Positions 29,335-40,900 of a stretch of 64,000 bases of DNA are shown here, one piece after another (position 1 is the stretch's first letter; the number at the start of each line of letters is the position of its first letter). The DNA comes from Candidatus Uhrbacteria bacterium RIFOXYB12_FULL_58_10 (GTDB lineage: Bacteria; Patescibacteriota; Patescibacteriia; UBA9934; GWF2-40-263). Location: positions 7,665 to 71,664 of the forward strand of contig CALRHL010000002.1 in the NCBI GenBank assembly GCA_943359455.1, in the 5' to 3' direction. A model generated the notes under the pieces. That model had not been told where the DNA came from, did no database searches, and worked only from the letters and a program-made list of their open reading frames with translations. Position numbers and translations under genes: made by a program.

Positions 29335-30588
29335 ATGACGAAACTACGTCGAGACGCGCTTGCGGTATTGCACGCTGGGTTAAAAGCGATTCGAACCAAG
29401 GAAGCCGTTGCGAGTGTGGTTCATCTTAAGAAAGATGCTTTAACCGTCAAGAAACATCGGTTTGATCTGCGCGCGTTTGATCATGTTTACGTGATTGGAT
29501 TTGGAAAAGCATCGCTTGAGGCCGCACAGGCATTAGAAAAAATTTTAGGAAAGCGCATCACGGATGGAGTCGTGTTAGATGTGAAACGGGCGCCGCTTCA
29601 ATACATCAAAAGTTTTGCAGGGACACATCCATTTCCAAGTGAAAAAAATCGACGCGCGACCGGAAAAATTGTTGAAATTCTGAAAGGAGCAGATAGTCAT
29701 GATCTCATCATCACGATTGTGTCTGGTGGTGGTTCTGCCTTGCTGTGTCAACCGTATCAACTCACCTGTGCAAACATAACCATGATTACAAAAGAAATGA
29801 TGGCGCGGGGAGCAACGATTCAGGAATTGAACACGGTTCGGAAACATCTGTCAGAAATTTTGGGTGGACAATTTACGCGTATGGCGCATCCAGCGACCGT
29901 TCTTGGTTTGATTTTTTCAGACGTTCCAGGTGATGACCTTGATATGATTGCCTCTGGTCCAACGGTTATGGATACGACGACTGTTGCTGATGCAAAGAGA
30001 ATCATGAAACGGTACGATATTCTGAAAGCGTGTAAATTACCTGATTGCGCGTTGCGCGAAACACCAAAGGACCCGATTTATTTTCAACGCGTCACCAACG
30101 CGCTTATTGTCAGTAATAAAATCGCGCTTCATGCGATGCGAGATGAAGCAAAAAAACGTGGATACACGTCGCGGCTTTTCTCGCATGCGTTGACAGGAGA
30201 AGCGCGTGACATTGGTCGTGTGCTTGCCGGTCTTCCGAATCCTGGTGAGATGGTGTTTGCGGCTGGTGAGACAACGGTGACGATTATGGGAAAAGGGAAA
30301 GGTGGTCGTAATCAAGAAGTTGCTCTTGGGGCGCTCAGAACCATTTCTGATGATACACTCGTTTTATCTTGCGCTTCTGATGGAATTGATAACACCCCTG
30401 CGGCAGGAGCCATCGCGGATCGTGAAACAAAACGTCATGTGAAGCAGAAGAAATTGAATATCGGTCGCGCGCTCACGCAAAACGCATCGTATCGTTTTTT
30501 TCAGCAGTCAGGAGATCAGATTGTGACGGGAATTACAGGAGCAAACGTTTCAGATCTGATGATTGCAGCGAAGAGCGTTTCGCGGTAG
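29335..30588 (+). CDS. glycerate 2-kinase (TtuD/MOFRL family)
   Basis: GFGKA, HPFP, SGGGSAL, ELN.VRKH.S, SDV.GD...IASGPT, GETTV..GGRNQE, SDGID. Confidence 0.9.
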   Translation: MTKLRRDALAVLHAGLKAIRTKEAVASVVHLKKDALTVKKHRFDLRAFDHVYVIGFGKASLEAAQALEKILGKRITDGVVLDVKRAPLQYIKSFAGTHPFPSEKNRRATGKIVEILKGADSHDLIITIVSGGGSALLCQPYQLTCANITMITKEMMARGATIQELNTVRKHLSEILGGQFTRMAHPATVLGLIFSDVPGDDLDMIASGPTVMDTTTVADAKRIMKRYDILKACKLPDCALRETPKDPIYFQRVTNALIVSNKIALHAMRDEAKKRGYTSRLFSHALTGEARDIGRVLAGLPNPGEMVFAAGETTVTIMGKGKGGRNQEVALGALRTISDDTLVLSCASDGIDNTPAAGAIADRETKRHVKQKKLNIGRALTQNASYRFFQQSGDQIVTGITGANVSDLMIAAKSVSR

Positions 30589-30601
30589 TGTTCCTTAACC
30601 T

Positions 30602-31609
30602 ATGTATGAAAAGATTTCCATCAATATCGTTGCTTGGAACAGCATGGAATTTATTCCGGAGTTGTTGAAGTCAATTTCAGAACAGACGTTTCGGGATTTT
30701 CATGTGCTGATTATTGATAATGGATCGTCGGATGGTGTGGAAGCATTTGTTCGTGCAAACTATCCGCAAGTGACGTTCCTTCGGAATGCGCGAAATCTTG
30801 GGTTCTCACCGGCGCACAATCAAGCAATCCGTTACGCGATCGATCGATGGGAAGGGGATGACCTCGCCGATCGTTTTCTGCTTGTCACGAATCCAGACGT
30901 TATTTTTTCTGCAACATTTTTAGAGGAACTGATGAAAGGGGTTGTTGCACATCCGACCGTCGGATCGTTTCAAGGGAAACTCATGCGTGCGATGATAGAG
31001 AATGGACAGGATGAAGCGCTCAAAGAAACAGTCAAATCGGACCTGATCGATTCAACAGGACTTGTCTTGAATCGTAACCGGACGTGCACCGATCGTGGGG
31101 CGGGGGAATTGGATACAGGACAATTTGATGCAAAAAACGATCTGTTTGGTGTCACAGGTGCGCTTGCGTTGTATCGAGCAAATGCATTGAAGGAGATTGG
31201 GAGAAAAGATGAATATTTTGATACAGATTTTTTTCTGTACAAGGAGGATGTCGATCTTGCGTGGCGTTTAGATAAGAAAGGATGGAAAGCACGATTTGTT
31301 CCAAGCGCCGTTGCGTACCATCATCGTGGGGCGTTTGGAAAAGAAAAAATGAATTGGATAGAACGTATTCGCAATCGCAGAAGGAAGTCGAGTATGCGAA
31401 ACTGGTATTCGACAAGAAATCATATCTTGCTTCTTGTAAAAAATCAGCCGTTCTGGAGCGGTGTCGTGGCCTCACCTTGGATTTTCTGGTTTGAAATTCG
31501 ACGGTTTGTATACACCTGTTTGTTTGAACCGAGAAATCTGTCTGCGTATTTGTCTGCGATTGGACTTGTTCCAAGGATGCTCAAGAAACGGTTTACGAAA
31601 TACCCGTAA
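30602..31609 (+). CDS. glycosyltransferase family 2
   Basis: DNGSSDG, NLGF, NPD, YKEDVDL. Confidence 0.9.
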   Translation: MYEKISINIVAWNSMEFIPELLKSISEQTFRDFHVLIIDNGSSDGVEAFVRANYPQVTFLRNARNLGFSPAHNQAIRYAIDRWEGDDLADRFLLVTNPDVIFSATFLEELMKGVVAHPTVGSFQGKLMRAMIENGQDEALKETVKSDLIDSTGLVLNRNRTCTDRGAGELDTGQFDAKNDLFGVTGALALYRANALKEIGRKDEYFDTDFFLYKEDVDLAWRLDKKGWKARFVPSAVAYHHRGAFGKEKMNWIERIRNRRRKSSMRNWYSTRNHILLLVKNQPFWSGVVASPWIFWFEIRRFVYTCLFEPRNLSAYLSAIGLVPRMLKKRFTKYP

Positions 31610-31696
31610 CCACCCCCAACCCCTCCTTGAAAAGGAGGGGAGATTATCTCAAAATCTGTTCCCCTCCTTTTCAAGGAGGGGCTAAGGGGTGGTTAC
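31606..31696. repeat. CCCCTCCTT..AGGAGGGG REP-like palindrome
   Basis: GTAACCACCCC...GGGGTGGTTAC with two internal hairpins. Confidence 0.8.
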
Positions 31697-31709
31697 TGCC
31701 CAGTTCTGT

Positions 31710-32498
31710 ATGGATCTCTCCGTTCTCATCATCGGTTATAAAAACCATCGCCTTGTGCGGCAGACACTCAAGGGGATTCTTCGTGTTGCACCGGTCTTGT
31801 CCTATGAAGTGATTGTCGTAGAAAACGATCCATCGGGGACAACGACGAAAATGTGCACGGAGTTTCCGACGGTAAAAGTAATTGATCATCGAAAAAATAT
31901 CGGGTTTGGAAACGGAATGAATTTGGGGATTAAGGAGTCACAAGGTCGATACATTTTAGTGTTCAATCCAGATGTCATTGTTTTGCCGGGGGCGTTTGAA
32001 GAGCTCGTTCGTTATCTTGATGAGCATAAAGATGTTGGAATGGTCGGTCCACAGCTGCACAATCCAGATGGGACGCTACAGTACAGTTGTTACAAGTTTA
32101 TGGAGCCTAAAACGGTTCTCTATCGACGCCTTCCTTTTATCCGTCGACTAAAAAGTGTTCGTCAACATCTCGATGCGTATGTGATGGCTGACTGGGATCA
32201 TGCACAAACAAGAGAGGTCGACTATCTCCTCGGTGCCGCAATGCTTATTCGTCGAGAAGTGCTCGACCAAGTTGGGGGATTCGATCCAGCGTATTTTATG
32301 TACTTCGAAGATCAAGATCTGTGTCGCCGTTTCTGGAATGCAGGATGGAAAGTCATCTACCATCCCACGTCAAAACTCATTCACTATCACCGCCGTGAAA
32401 CCGCAGACGGCGGATTTCTCCAACAACTCTTTCATCCCCTCACGCGCATTCAAATCAAAAGTGCGTTATACTATTTTAAGAAACATAAAAAAGTGTGA
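31710..32498 (+). CDS. glycosyltransferase family 2 (rhamnosyltransferase-like)
   Basis: NIGFG.G.N, NPD, GAAM..R, YFMYFEDQDLC. Confidence 0.9.
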   Translation: MDLSVLIIGYKNHRLVRQTLKGILRVAPVLSYEVIVVENDPSGTTTKMCTEFPTVKVIDHRKNIGFGNGMNLGIKESQGRYILVFNPDVIVLPGAFEELVRYLDEHKDVGMVGPQLHNPDGTLQYSCYKFMEPKTVLYRRLPFIRRLKSVRQHLDAYVMADWDHAQTREVDYLLGAAMLIRREVLDQVGGFDPAYFMYFEDQDLCRRFWNAGWKVIYHPTSKLIHYHRRETADGGFLQQLFHPLTRIQIKSALYYFKKHKKV

Positions 32499-34528
32499 GT
32501 CACTCCATCAATTTTCTTCATCAAATCGAACCAGAAAAGATACATCGCGCGCATCAAAAACGGCGGATGTTTCATTTTGCTTGGATGGGGGTTGTCGTTC
32601 TTTTCATTGCTTGGCTTCTCCTGCTTCTTTTTGCTTCTGGACAGGTGATCGCCGCATCGCTTGATGGACGAGATGCTCTTGTTCGGGCGCGGGAGTCAGC
32701 CATGAAACTTGATTTTGAAAGGGCTTCGACGGAATTAGCTGAAGCAGGTGATCAGTTTAGTTCCGCAGAGCGTGGATTCGTGTTGCTTTCGAGTGCAAAG
32801 GTTATCCCATGGGTTTCGAATCAGGTGAATGCGATTGAAACGCTCATTGTTTCTGGAACGCGTATTATCGACGCGTTGCAATCGATCGTGGATCTTGGTG
32901 CGGAACTTGTTCGATTGGCTGGGTTTACGATGCAGGAATTGAATGATATGTCAGAAGGGATTCTTCCTACGGCGACCTTTGATGATCTTTCAAGTGAAAC
33001 AAAACAGGCGGTTCTTGAGCGTCTCGCTGCTGCGGCTCCCGATCTGCAATTGCTTTCTGCTCAGATCGCGATTGCTCGTTCAGACGTTGAACAGATTCAC
33101 GCTTCAGATTTGATCGGACCTCTTGCAGACATTCTCATTCCACTTGATGAAAAGCTTGCACAAGCACAAGAAATGATTCGTACACTTTCTATCGTTTCCG
33201 AACTGCTTCCAGAACTTGCGGGACTTGGAGAGGAGCGCACACACCTTGTGTTGCTTTTGAACAATACAGAATTGCGACCAGGTGGAGGATTTATCGGAAC
33301 GTTTGGTGTATTGAAAATGCTGAACGGAGATATTACTGTTCTCGAAACAGGTGATTCTTATGCGATCGATGGACTTGCGGAAATAGCAGGGTCGTATCAG
33401 CAAGATCCACCCGCACCACTTGGACGATACAATGCAACGAGCAATTGGTTTTTTCGCGATGCCAACTGGTCTCCAGACTTTGCGGTGAGTGCACAGGAAG
33501 CACTTCGCCTGTATGGACTCGAACTCGCGTCTGTCACACCAGAAACACGAGCAGTCGCTGGTGTTTCATCGCAAACGTTTGATGGGGTTATTGGATTGAC
33601 GCCAAATATTATTCAAGCACTGCTTGGAGTAACAGGTCCAATTACAATAGGAAGCCAAACGTTTTCTGCGGACAATGTAACGGACAAGCTCGAGTATCAA
33701 GTAGAAGTTCAGTACATTGGAGATGGTGTCCCTGAACATCAGCGCAAGGAAATCATTGCGGATCTCATGAATGAATTAAAAACAAGACTGTTTTCGCTTT
33801 CTCTCACAGATGCATCTCGACTGATCTCTGTTTTCGAAACGCTCATTCAAGAAAAACAACTCGTCTTCATGAGTGGAAACCAGGATGTTGAGGACACGCT
33901 TACAAAAGTAGGATGGGGAGGTCGTATTGTGCCATCAACAGGTGACCTTCAACTTCTTGTGGATGCAAATCTTGCGAGTCTAAAATCAGATCCAAAAGTT
34001 TCACGAGCGATGCGGTACGAGATTTTTAAAAATACGAGTGGAGAATATGTTGGTCGGACAACCATTCGCTATACGCACACAGGGTCATTTGATTGGAAAA
34101 CAACTCGGTATCGAACGTACACGCGATTGTACGTTCCAGATGGATCAGAGCTTGTAAATGTGGAAGGTTCCATGCTCAATGACTCGCTTCATAATCCAAC
34201 AGGTGCCAAAGGACCAGTGGATGTTGCGAACGACCTTGGACTTACCTCGTTTGGAACGTTCATTTCTATCGAGCCAGGGGAAAGTCGTTTGCTGACATTT
34301 GAATATCTCCTCGCTCCAGAAGTTGTTACACAGATTCAGAACGGGATGTATGAACTCACTGTCCTTAAACAAATTGGCGCGCAAAATAATCAGTTGACGC
34401 TCGACCTTGATTTTGATAAGAATGTCATGCACGCAGAGATTCCAGAAGATCGAGGAGAATGGGGAGATGATGTGTATCGGTTGAATACAAAAGTTGATCA
34501 AGACCTGAGTTTCGAGATAGGCCTGTAG
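32495..34528 (+). CDS. DUF4012 domain protein
   Basis: N-terminal TM; NNTELRPGGGFIGTFG, RDANWSPDF, RLYVP.G. Confidence 0.85.
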   Translation: MSHSINFLHQIEPEKIHRAHQKRRMFHFAWMGVVVLFIAWLLLLLFASGQVIAASLDGRDALVRARESAMKLDFERASTELAEAGDQFSSAERGFVLLSSAKVIPWVSNQVNAIETLIVSGTRIIDALQSIVDLGAELVRLAGFTMQELNDMSEGILPTATFDDLSSETKQAVLERLAAAAPDLQLLSAQIAIARSDVEQIHASDLIGPLADILIPLDEKLAQAQEMIRTLSIVSELLPELAGLGEERTHLVLLLNNTELRPGGGFIGTFGVLKMLNGDITVLETGDSYAIDGLAEIAGSYQQDPPAPLGRYNATSNWFFRDANWSPDFAVSAQEALRLYGLELASVTPETRAVAGVSSQTFDGVIGLTPNIIQALLGVTGPITIGSQTFSADNVTDKLEYQVEVQYIGDGVPEHQRKEIIADLMNELKTRLFSLSLTDASRLISVFETLIQEKQLVFMSGNQDVEDTLTKVGWGGRIVPSTGDLQLLVDANLASLKSDPKVSRAMRYEIFKNTSGEYVGRTTIRYTHTGSFDWKTTRYRTYTRLYVPDGSELVNVEGSMLNDSLHNPTGAKGPVDVANDLGLTSFGTFISIEPGESRLLTFEYLLAPEVVTQIQNGMYELTVLKQIGAQNNQLTLDLDFDKNVMHAEIPEDRGEWGDDVYRLNTKVDQDLSFEIGL

Positions 34529-34596
34529 GCCCAGAGGAAAAACCCCTCCCGGTCTTCCGGCTCAAAGCCTCCTGGCCTCCTGTACCCGTTCTATCT

Positions 34597-35601
34597 ATGT
34601 TCCAAAAGAAAATCGCTATCGACCTTGGTACGACCTCTGTCCTCGTTTATGTCCCGAAACGAGGTATTATTATCAATGAACCATCTGTAGTTGCGGTGTC
34701 GTATGCGGACAAGAAAGTATTGGCAGTGGGGAAGGAAGCAAAAGACATGATTGGTCGCACACCAGACACGATTGTTGCTCGTCGACCACTGAAAGACGGC
34801 GTCATTGCCGATTACCGAACAACCGAAGCAATGCTTCGTTATTTTATTAATAAAGCATTAGGAGGAGTACGTTTGTTTCGTCCTGAAGTGATGGTTGCGG
34901 TCCCTGGTGGAATTACTTCAACAGAACGTCGTGCAGTTATCGACGCGACACTTTCCGCTGGAGCTAAAGCCGCGTACATCATCAAAGAACCAATCGTTGC
35001 CGCGATCGGCGCAAACATTCCAATCGGCTCTCCGTCTGGTCACATGATTATCGACATTGGTGGTGGAACATCCGAAATGGCCGTCATCTCACTCGGTGGA
35101 ATAGTGGCGTCTGAGTCTGTTCGCATCGGGGGCGTAAAACTCGATGCCGCGATTTCCGAATACGTTCGTCGCAAGTACGGTCTCGCGATTGGAGAACGAA
35201 CCGCCGAAGATATCAAAATTCAAATCGGTTCGGCGATGTACATGCCGGACAAACTTTTCATGCAAATTAAAGGACGAGACATGATTACAGGCCTACCAAA
35301 AATCGTCGAAGTCTCATCCGACGACGTCACGACCGCCATCCAACACGAACTCGACGGTATTATCGCCACCGTAAAAGAAGTGCTCAACAAAACCCCACCA
35401 GAACTGTCTGCAGACGTCATGGACAAAGGCATCATGCTCTCTGGTGGCTCGTCTCAACTCAGAAATCTTGATACACTTATCGCCGAAGCCACCGGCGTCC
35501 CAACATTCGTCGCCGAAGATCCACAAATGTGTGTGGCAAAAGGAACCGGCATCGCACTTGAGAATTTGGAAGCGTACAAGAGATCGATTTTTACGAGTTA
35601 G
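34597..35601 (+). CDS. mreB: rod shape-determining protein MreB/Mbl
   Basis: IDLGT, EPSVVA, PLKDGVIAD, DIGGGT. Confidence 0.95.
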   Translation: MFQKKIAIDLGTTSVLVYVPKRGIIINEPSVVAVSYADKKVLAVGKEAKDMIGRTPDTIVARRPLKDGVIADYRTTEAMLRYFINKALGGVRLFRPEVMVAVPGGITSTERRAVIDATLSAGAKAAYIIKEPIVAAIGANIPIGSPSGHMIIDIGGGTSEMAVISLGGIVASESVRIGGVKLDAAISEYVRRKYGLAIGERTAEDIKIQIGSAMYMPDKLFMQIKGRDMITGLPKIVEVSSDDVTTAIQHELDGIIATVKEVLNKTPPELSADVMDKGIMLSGGSSQLRNLDTLIAEATGVPTFVAEDPQMCVAKGTGIALENLEAYKRSIFTS

Positions 35602-35613
35602 AGTTCCTTCTGT

Positions 35614-37935
35614 ATGGGGGATTTTTCACAACGAGATACAGGACACACGGTGTTCGATGCGAGAGCGCAAGCAACTCGTCCTCTTGATGTTTTTGGGATC
35701 CATGAAAATCCACCGAAGGCACGTACACCGCAGGAAGTCGCACGACTAAAAGAACGCATTGTTTTTATTGCTCGCGTGTTTGCGAGACAATATAAAATGG
35801 AGCTCTACCCATCGCCAAGTGGTGGATGGGCGTGTGGAGTGGATGAGAGCGTTTATCCAAAAATTGAAGCATATATTAAAGGATAGACGGATGTATTAGG
35901 TTTAACGACAGAAGACCTTCAACCGCGACGACTGTATTACGATATCAAGGATATTGAAGGGAAGATGTCGGAGGATGAAGCCATTGGTGTCATTCGGCAC
36001 GAAGTAGGACATGCGAATCACACCGATTATCGGTTGTTTTTTGAAGGTCAACGTTTCGCACAACAAGAAGGATCCATGCCAAGTGCATGGGCATTTGTGT
36101 GGAATTCGCTCGAAGACCCATGGGTGAATAATCGTGAAATTGCCGGATCTGATGCGGTGCGAGAAAGTTTGTCTGCGTTGTATCGAAAGTGGCTTCCGGA
36201 AACACGCGCGTTTATTCATACGCAAACGCCATTGCGTCAACTTGGTCTTTGCGTGATTCATTATTGGTTGACAGGTGAACCTATTGCTGAAATTCAAGAT
36301 AAAAAGGTGTTGGAAATTTTTGAAAAGATTCGTTCTGCGGCGGATGCGTATATCGCAGCGGAGACCGCAGAGAAATCGCACAAAGTGATGCAAGAACAGA
36401 TCTGGCCAGCAGTAAAGCCACTCGTTGACGAGGCGCAAAAACAGGAAGAGATGAAACAGAAGATGCGAGAGATGGGTGGTGAGGGACAGGGAGGAGCGCA
36501 AGGTGCCGTGCAAGGCGCGATTGATAAACTTCGCAACATGCTTGGGCTTGGTGGATCGAAACCTGCTCCATCGTCTGGACAAACACCCGGAGGTGAGTCA
36601 CTTCAACAAGCTGTTCGAGATGAACTGAATCGGCAAAAAAACTCGAACACGGAGGCACGGCAAAAACTTTCGCAGGAAGGTTCTGCGCAAGGACGCATGG
36701 ATGATGAGATTGACCTAAGCGCACTTCCTAAAGATTTGCGAGAACAACTTGAACAGGCTATTCGTCAGCTGTCGGAAGCGGATCGGAAAAAATTAGAAGA
36801 TGCGGCGAAGAAATCACTCGACAAAAAAATGGCAAAGGCGGCAAATGAAAGTTTACCGACTGGTTTGAAGTTTGAAGAAGATCCAAAAACAGGGGAGCAA
36901 ACGCTCACCATGAAGCAGGAAGACAAGAAGGGGGGGGAAGCGATCAAGAAGGCGGTCGATGAGCATGTGGATGCGCAAGTGCAAGAAGAGCAGAAAAAAG
37001 CAGTGGAGGACGCTCGTGCAGATGAGGAACGGCTTGCACAGATTCGTGAGGAAGAAAAAAAGAAACGCGAGCGTGCCGAGATACAAAAGGCCGGGTTTGA
37101 TCCAGACAACGAGGAAGATCGCGAGCTCTATCGCGAGTTTCGCGCATTGGAGCTTTTCATGGAATCCGCGGTGCAACGATTTATGAAGGTTATGGAAGCC
37201 TATCTGCCAAAGCGCGGAGAGATGGTGCATGAAGGGGAATATTACACGGGGAGCAAGATAAATAAGCGGGCATTGTTAAAGCGGGCGCCGCTTGAGGATT
37301 ATCGGATATTTCGTCGTCGCGAACTGCGGGAATCAAACGATCCGAAACTGTTTGTGACACTGCTTATCGATAACAGCGGCTCCATGCAAGGACAAAAAAT
37401 GCAGGAGTCTCGCAAAACCGCGATCTTTTTCGCGCGCGTGCTTGCGAGGTTTGATATTCCGTTTGCCATCAAGGCATTCGGCGATCAGGTGGAAGAAGTG
37501 GTATCATTTGACGAAGGATGGGACGATCCAACCGTAAAAGCCAAACCACGTCTCATGCGAAAGACAAACGCGTCGGGCGGTTCCACCGACATGGCGTCCG
37601 GGCTATTGGAAACCATGAAAGAAATGAATTCTGCCAAACGCGAATATCCCGGATGTCACGGAGCGGTGATCGTGATCTCGGATAGCGGCGCAAATGCAGG
37701 CCCCATGGTCGGGCCCGCACTTGGCGAGTATGTATCGCGCATGCAAAAATCGCACACCATTTTGAATTTGTTGTTGAGCGGTTCCGCTTCCGACAAACAG
37801 GCCTCCGCCGTCATTTTCGGCGAACGACATGTCGCGGTTGCCGAAGATTTTCAAACGCTCCCAACCGAAGCGTTTCGACTCCTGCGCATCGTCTTACAAC
37901 GCATCCTTAAAACAAACATCCTCGAAACGTTTTAA
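35614..37935 (+). pseudogene. HExxH metallopeptidase-like plus vWA domain gene, interrupted by one in-frame TAG at 35884-35886
   Basis: ORFs 35614..35886 and 35965..37935 share a frame with no other stop between them; HEVGH, NSLEDPWVN, MIDAS DNSGSM, GGST, ISD. Confidence 0.7.
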
Positions 37936-37942
37936 TATTCGT

Positions 37943-40900
37943 ATGCCAGACCCAGCCCGTGGACAAACACCTCCCCAGGACCAGGAACCGGTTCGCGACC
38001 GGGATGCGGTTGAAGTTAAAATCACCGTCCAACCACCAGAGGTGTTTGAAGGAAACGAAAAGGCAATCACCTACGATATCGCCGTCACCGATAAATTCGT
38101 TCTCGCCTATCAGTTGCGTGATCAGTTTTTTCAGTACGTGCTTTATGACGCAACTGGGAAGCCAGTCAAAGACGAGTTTCCCTCGGGTTTTTTTGAAAAG
38201 TTTTATACATCGAAAGTGCTGGAAATAGCTCAAGGTTCAATGAGAGGACTGGGGTCCATCTATCCATCACATCAGAATCTAAATGAAGTGAGTTACAAAT
38301 CAATCAATATTTTTATTAAAAAAATATTTCCTAGTTTTTCGGATGAACAGATACGTTTTTTGATAAAAAGATTTGATTCACGATTTCCTAATGGTTACCA
38401 ATGCAACACAGACGTTGCGTCTGATCGTAATTTCATCCTATTTTATCCTCAAGTTTCAATTTCTTCGGATTCAACTCGAAAAGTATTTGTCCTGTCTGAT
38501 GGTACAAATGCCGTAAGCTATCCAACAGAAGAAAAAGGGGTTGCGATAAATCCAAAAAAAATGGATGAGGGATGTTATCCCTTTAAGCTCGATGCAAGCC
38601 CGATTGGGGAGGCTGCGGCGGTAAAGGAATTTTTAACAACCACGCGCGGGACGCCAGTTCCTGGAACGGATGTTGCCGCGAGTTGCGAGCGTGGAGTGTT
38701 TAATATTGTGAATGTGAAAACGGGGGATCGGTTGTTTTCTGATTCTGCGGTTGGTTTTGTGTTTGATCGGGTGACGGATGGAGTCTTGTATTATCTTGAT
38801 CAAGGAACGAATCAAGTTTGCAAAATGGATGCAAAAAAACTGACGCTTGGAATGGCGCCGGATGTGGAGAGGACTGTTTTACCGTTTCAGGGGATCGTGA
38901 AAGATTTTACTTTTGATCAGAACGGGAATTTTTTTCTTGTGCTCGTTGAGGTGGCGGGGAAATCAACGCTCAAGGTTTTGGAAAAAGATACCATGCGCGT
39001 GGCGTATGAACTTGAGGGGGTGAAATCCACGATGGATTTGGATAGCGTTGGGAATCTGTATTTTATTGATGAGAAGGATCGTCTCCGTTTGGCAAATACG
39101 AATTTTGCGGAATACCCGAAAGGCGGACTTGAAGGAGCGCGTGCGAAACGGACGGAAAAGTTACGGTTATTACGAGAGCGATTGGAAAAGGGGATTAATA
39201 TTAAAAAGACAACCCCGGCCGCGGATGAGGAAACCGCGCTGATCGATGAGCTGAAACAAAAACTGGATGGGATTTTTGGGACGGCGATTCAAGACGCGAC
39301 GACAACCGACGAACTGAATGCGATCGGGGCGCAGATGGAATCAATGGCAAAAGAGGATGAATGGAAGGCGTATCCTTCGGTATTTGACAGGGTAAAAGAT
39401 CGGTTGGTTGCTCGCGACACGCAGATGAAAACAGATCGACTGGACACATTGGCCGTCGAAGCAGAGACCCTGCTTGATTCTGTGTCAGGACCAGACCAAT
39501 TGATGGATCTTGATCGGATCGTATCGGAATTACGGGCGACTCGTCGGACGACTCCACTGCGCGACGCGAAGGCTCGCAAGGCGGTTGACGAACGATTGAA
39601 ACAGATCGAAATGCGTCAGGCAGAAGTGATTGCGCGCGAGCGAAAAACGATTCAAGATTTGCTCCCGTCGTTGTTTGATGAATGGAGCGCCGCTGTTCGT
39701 GAATCGGCGACACGCGAAGAGCTGACCGAAATGCAAGGCTCGCAGGAAGCGCTCCGACTGGAAGGAGCATTCAGTTTGCTTGGTCGCGAGACTGCTTCCG
39801 AATGGAAAGGGAAGAGACAAGAAGTGATCGCGCGAAGAGAAACGGAATTGCGCTCAGCGGAAATGCGCGAGGAAGAACAGCGTCGGGTGGAGCAAGCCGA
39901 GCGGGTGGAGCAGGCTCGAGAACTTCTGCGCGAGATTGAATCTGCGTTTGACACGCAGGTGACTGATCCGCGCGTGATCGATCGCTGGCTTTCTGGAAAC
40001 CCGCTTGTCAAGCGGTTTCGTGCGGTTGTGGTCGGACTTCCTGATGATTTGCGGCGCGATGAAGATCAACGGTTTGAAACATGGCTGAAGGAGAAGCGAC
40101 GTGATTTTATTCATCGCGACACTCTGCACATTCCCAAACATGGGGAAGAAGTCGATTTTGGGGAGGCAAAATTTCCGGTGTTTCATGCTCCCAAAACCGT
40201 GTGGCGACCAAAGATCGAATCCATTGCCGAAGGAAGCGCGTTCGGTCGGCTCGTGTTCGAAGATTCGTTTGGTCGTCGGTTCGAACCAGCGGTTGGCGCG
40301 GTGCCGATCGATGAGTTTAACGAAGACACGCAGGCAACGATTCGCGCCTTCGAACAAAACGCTCGGACATTTTTCGACGCGCTCAAACGAGAAGTTCCGC
40401 GGTTTGACGAACGGTGGGTGCTCACTCCGCATTTTCGATCAGAACTTTCCGGCATCGCGCGGTTGTTCAAAACTCAAATGGAAAATCAGGAAAAAATTTT
40501 GATTTTGGAAGGGGAAGCAGGCGTGGGAAAAAATGTGCTCATTGATATGTTTGCGCATTTTACCAATCGCGAAGTGTTCACCTTCTCTTGCAATTTTCAG
40601 ACGGAAAAGGAAGATCTCACATACGCGTTCAAATTTGAACCATCGCGTGGAACGTACACAGTGGACTCGCGACTGATCACCGCGCTTCAAACTCCTGGTT
40701 GTGTGATCATGCTTGATGAAATCAACACCCTTCCGCCTGGCGTCACCAAAATGCTCAATCCATTATTCGATTATCGACGCTGTCTGAATTTACCAGACGG
40801 TCGCGTGATTAAAACGCATCCAAGCGTTTTGCTTGTCGGGGCCATGAACCCACAAAATTATCTCGGGGTTAAGCCGCTTGCACAGGAAGTAAAGTCGCGC

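Noticed and set aside
35884-35886. Genome-wide TAG reassignment
   Set aside because: TAG cleanly ends other genes (2188, 6151, 8134, 42418, 43785) and no suppressor tRNA was seen
37829-37942. N-terminal extension of the AAA+ ORF
   Set aside because: Overlaps the vWA gene end; ATG 37943 follows the stop by 7 nt
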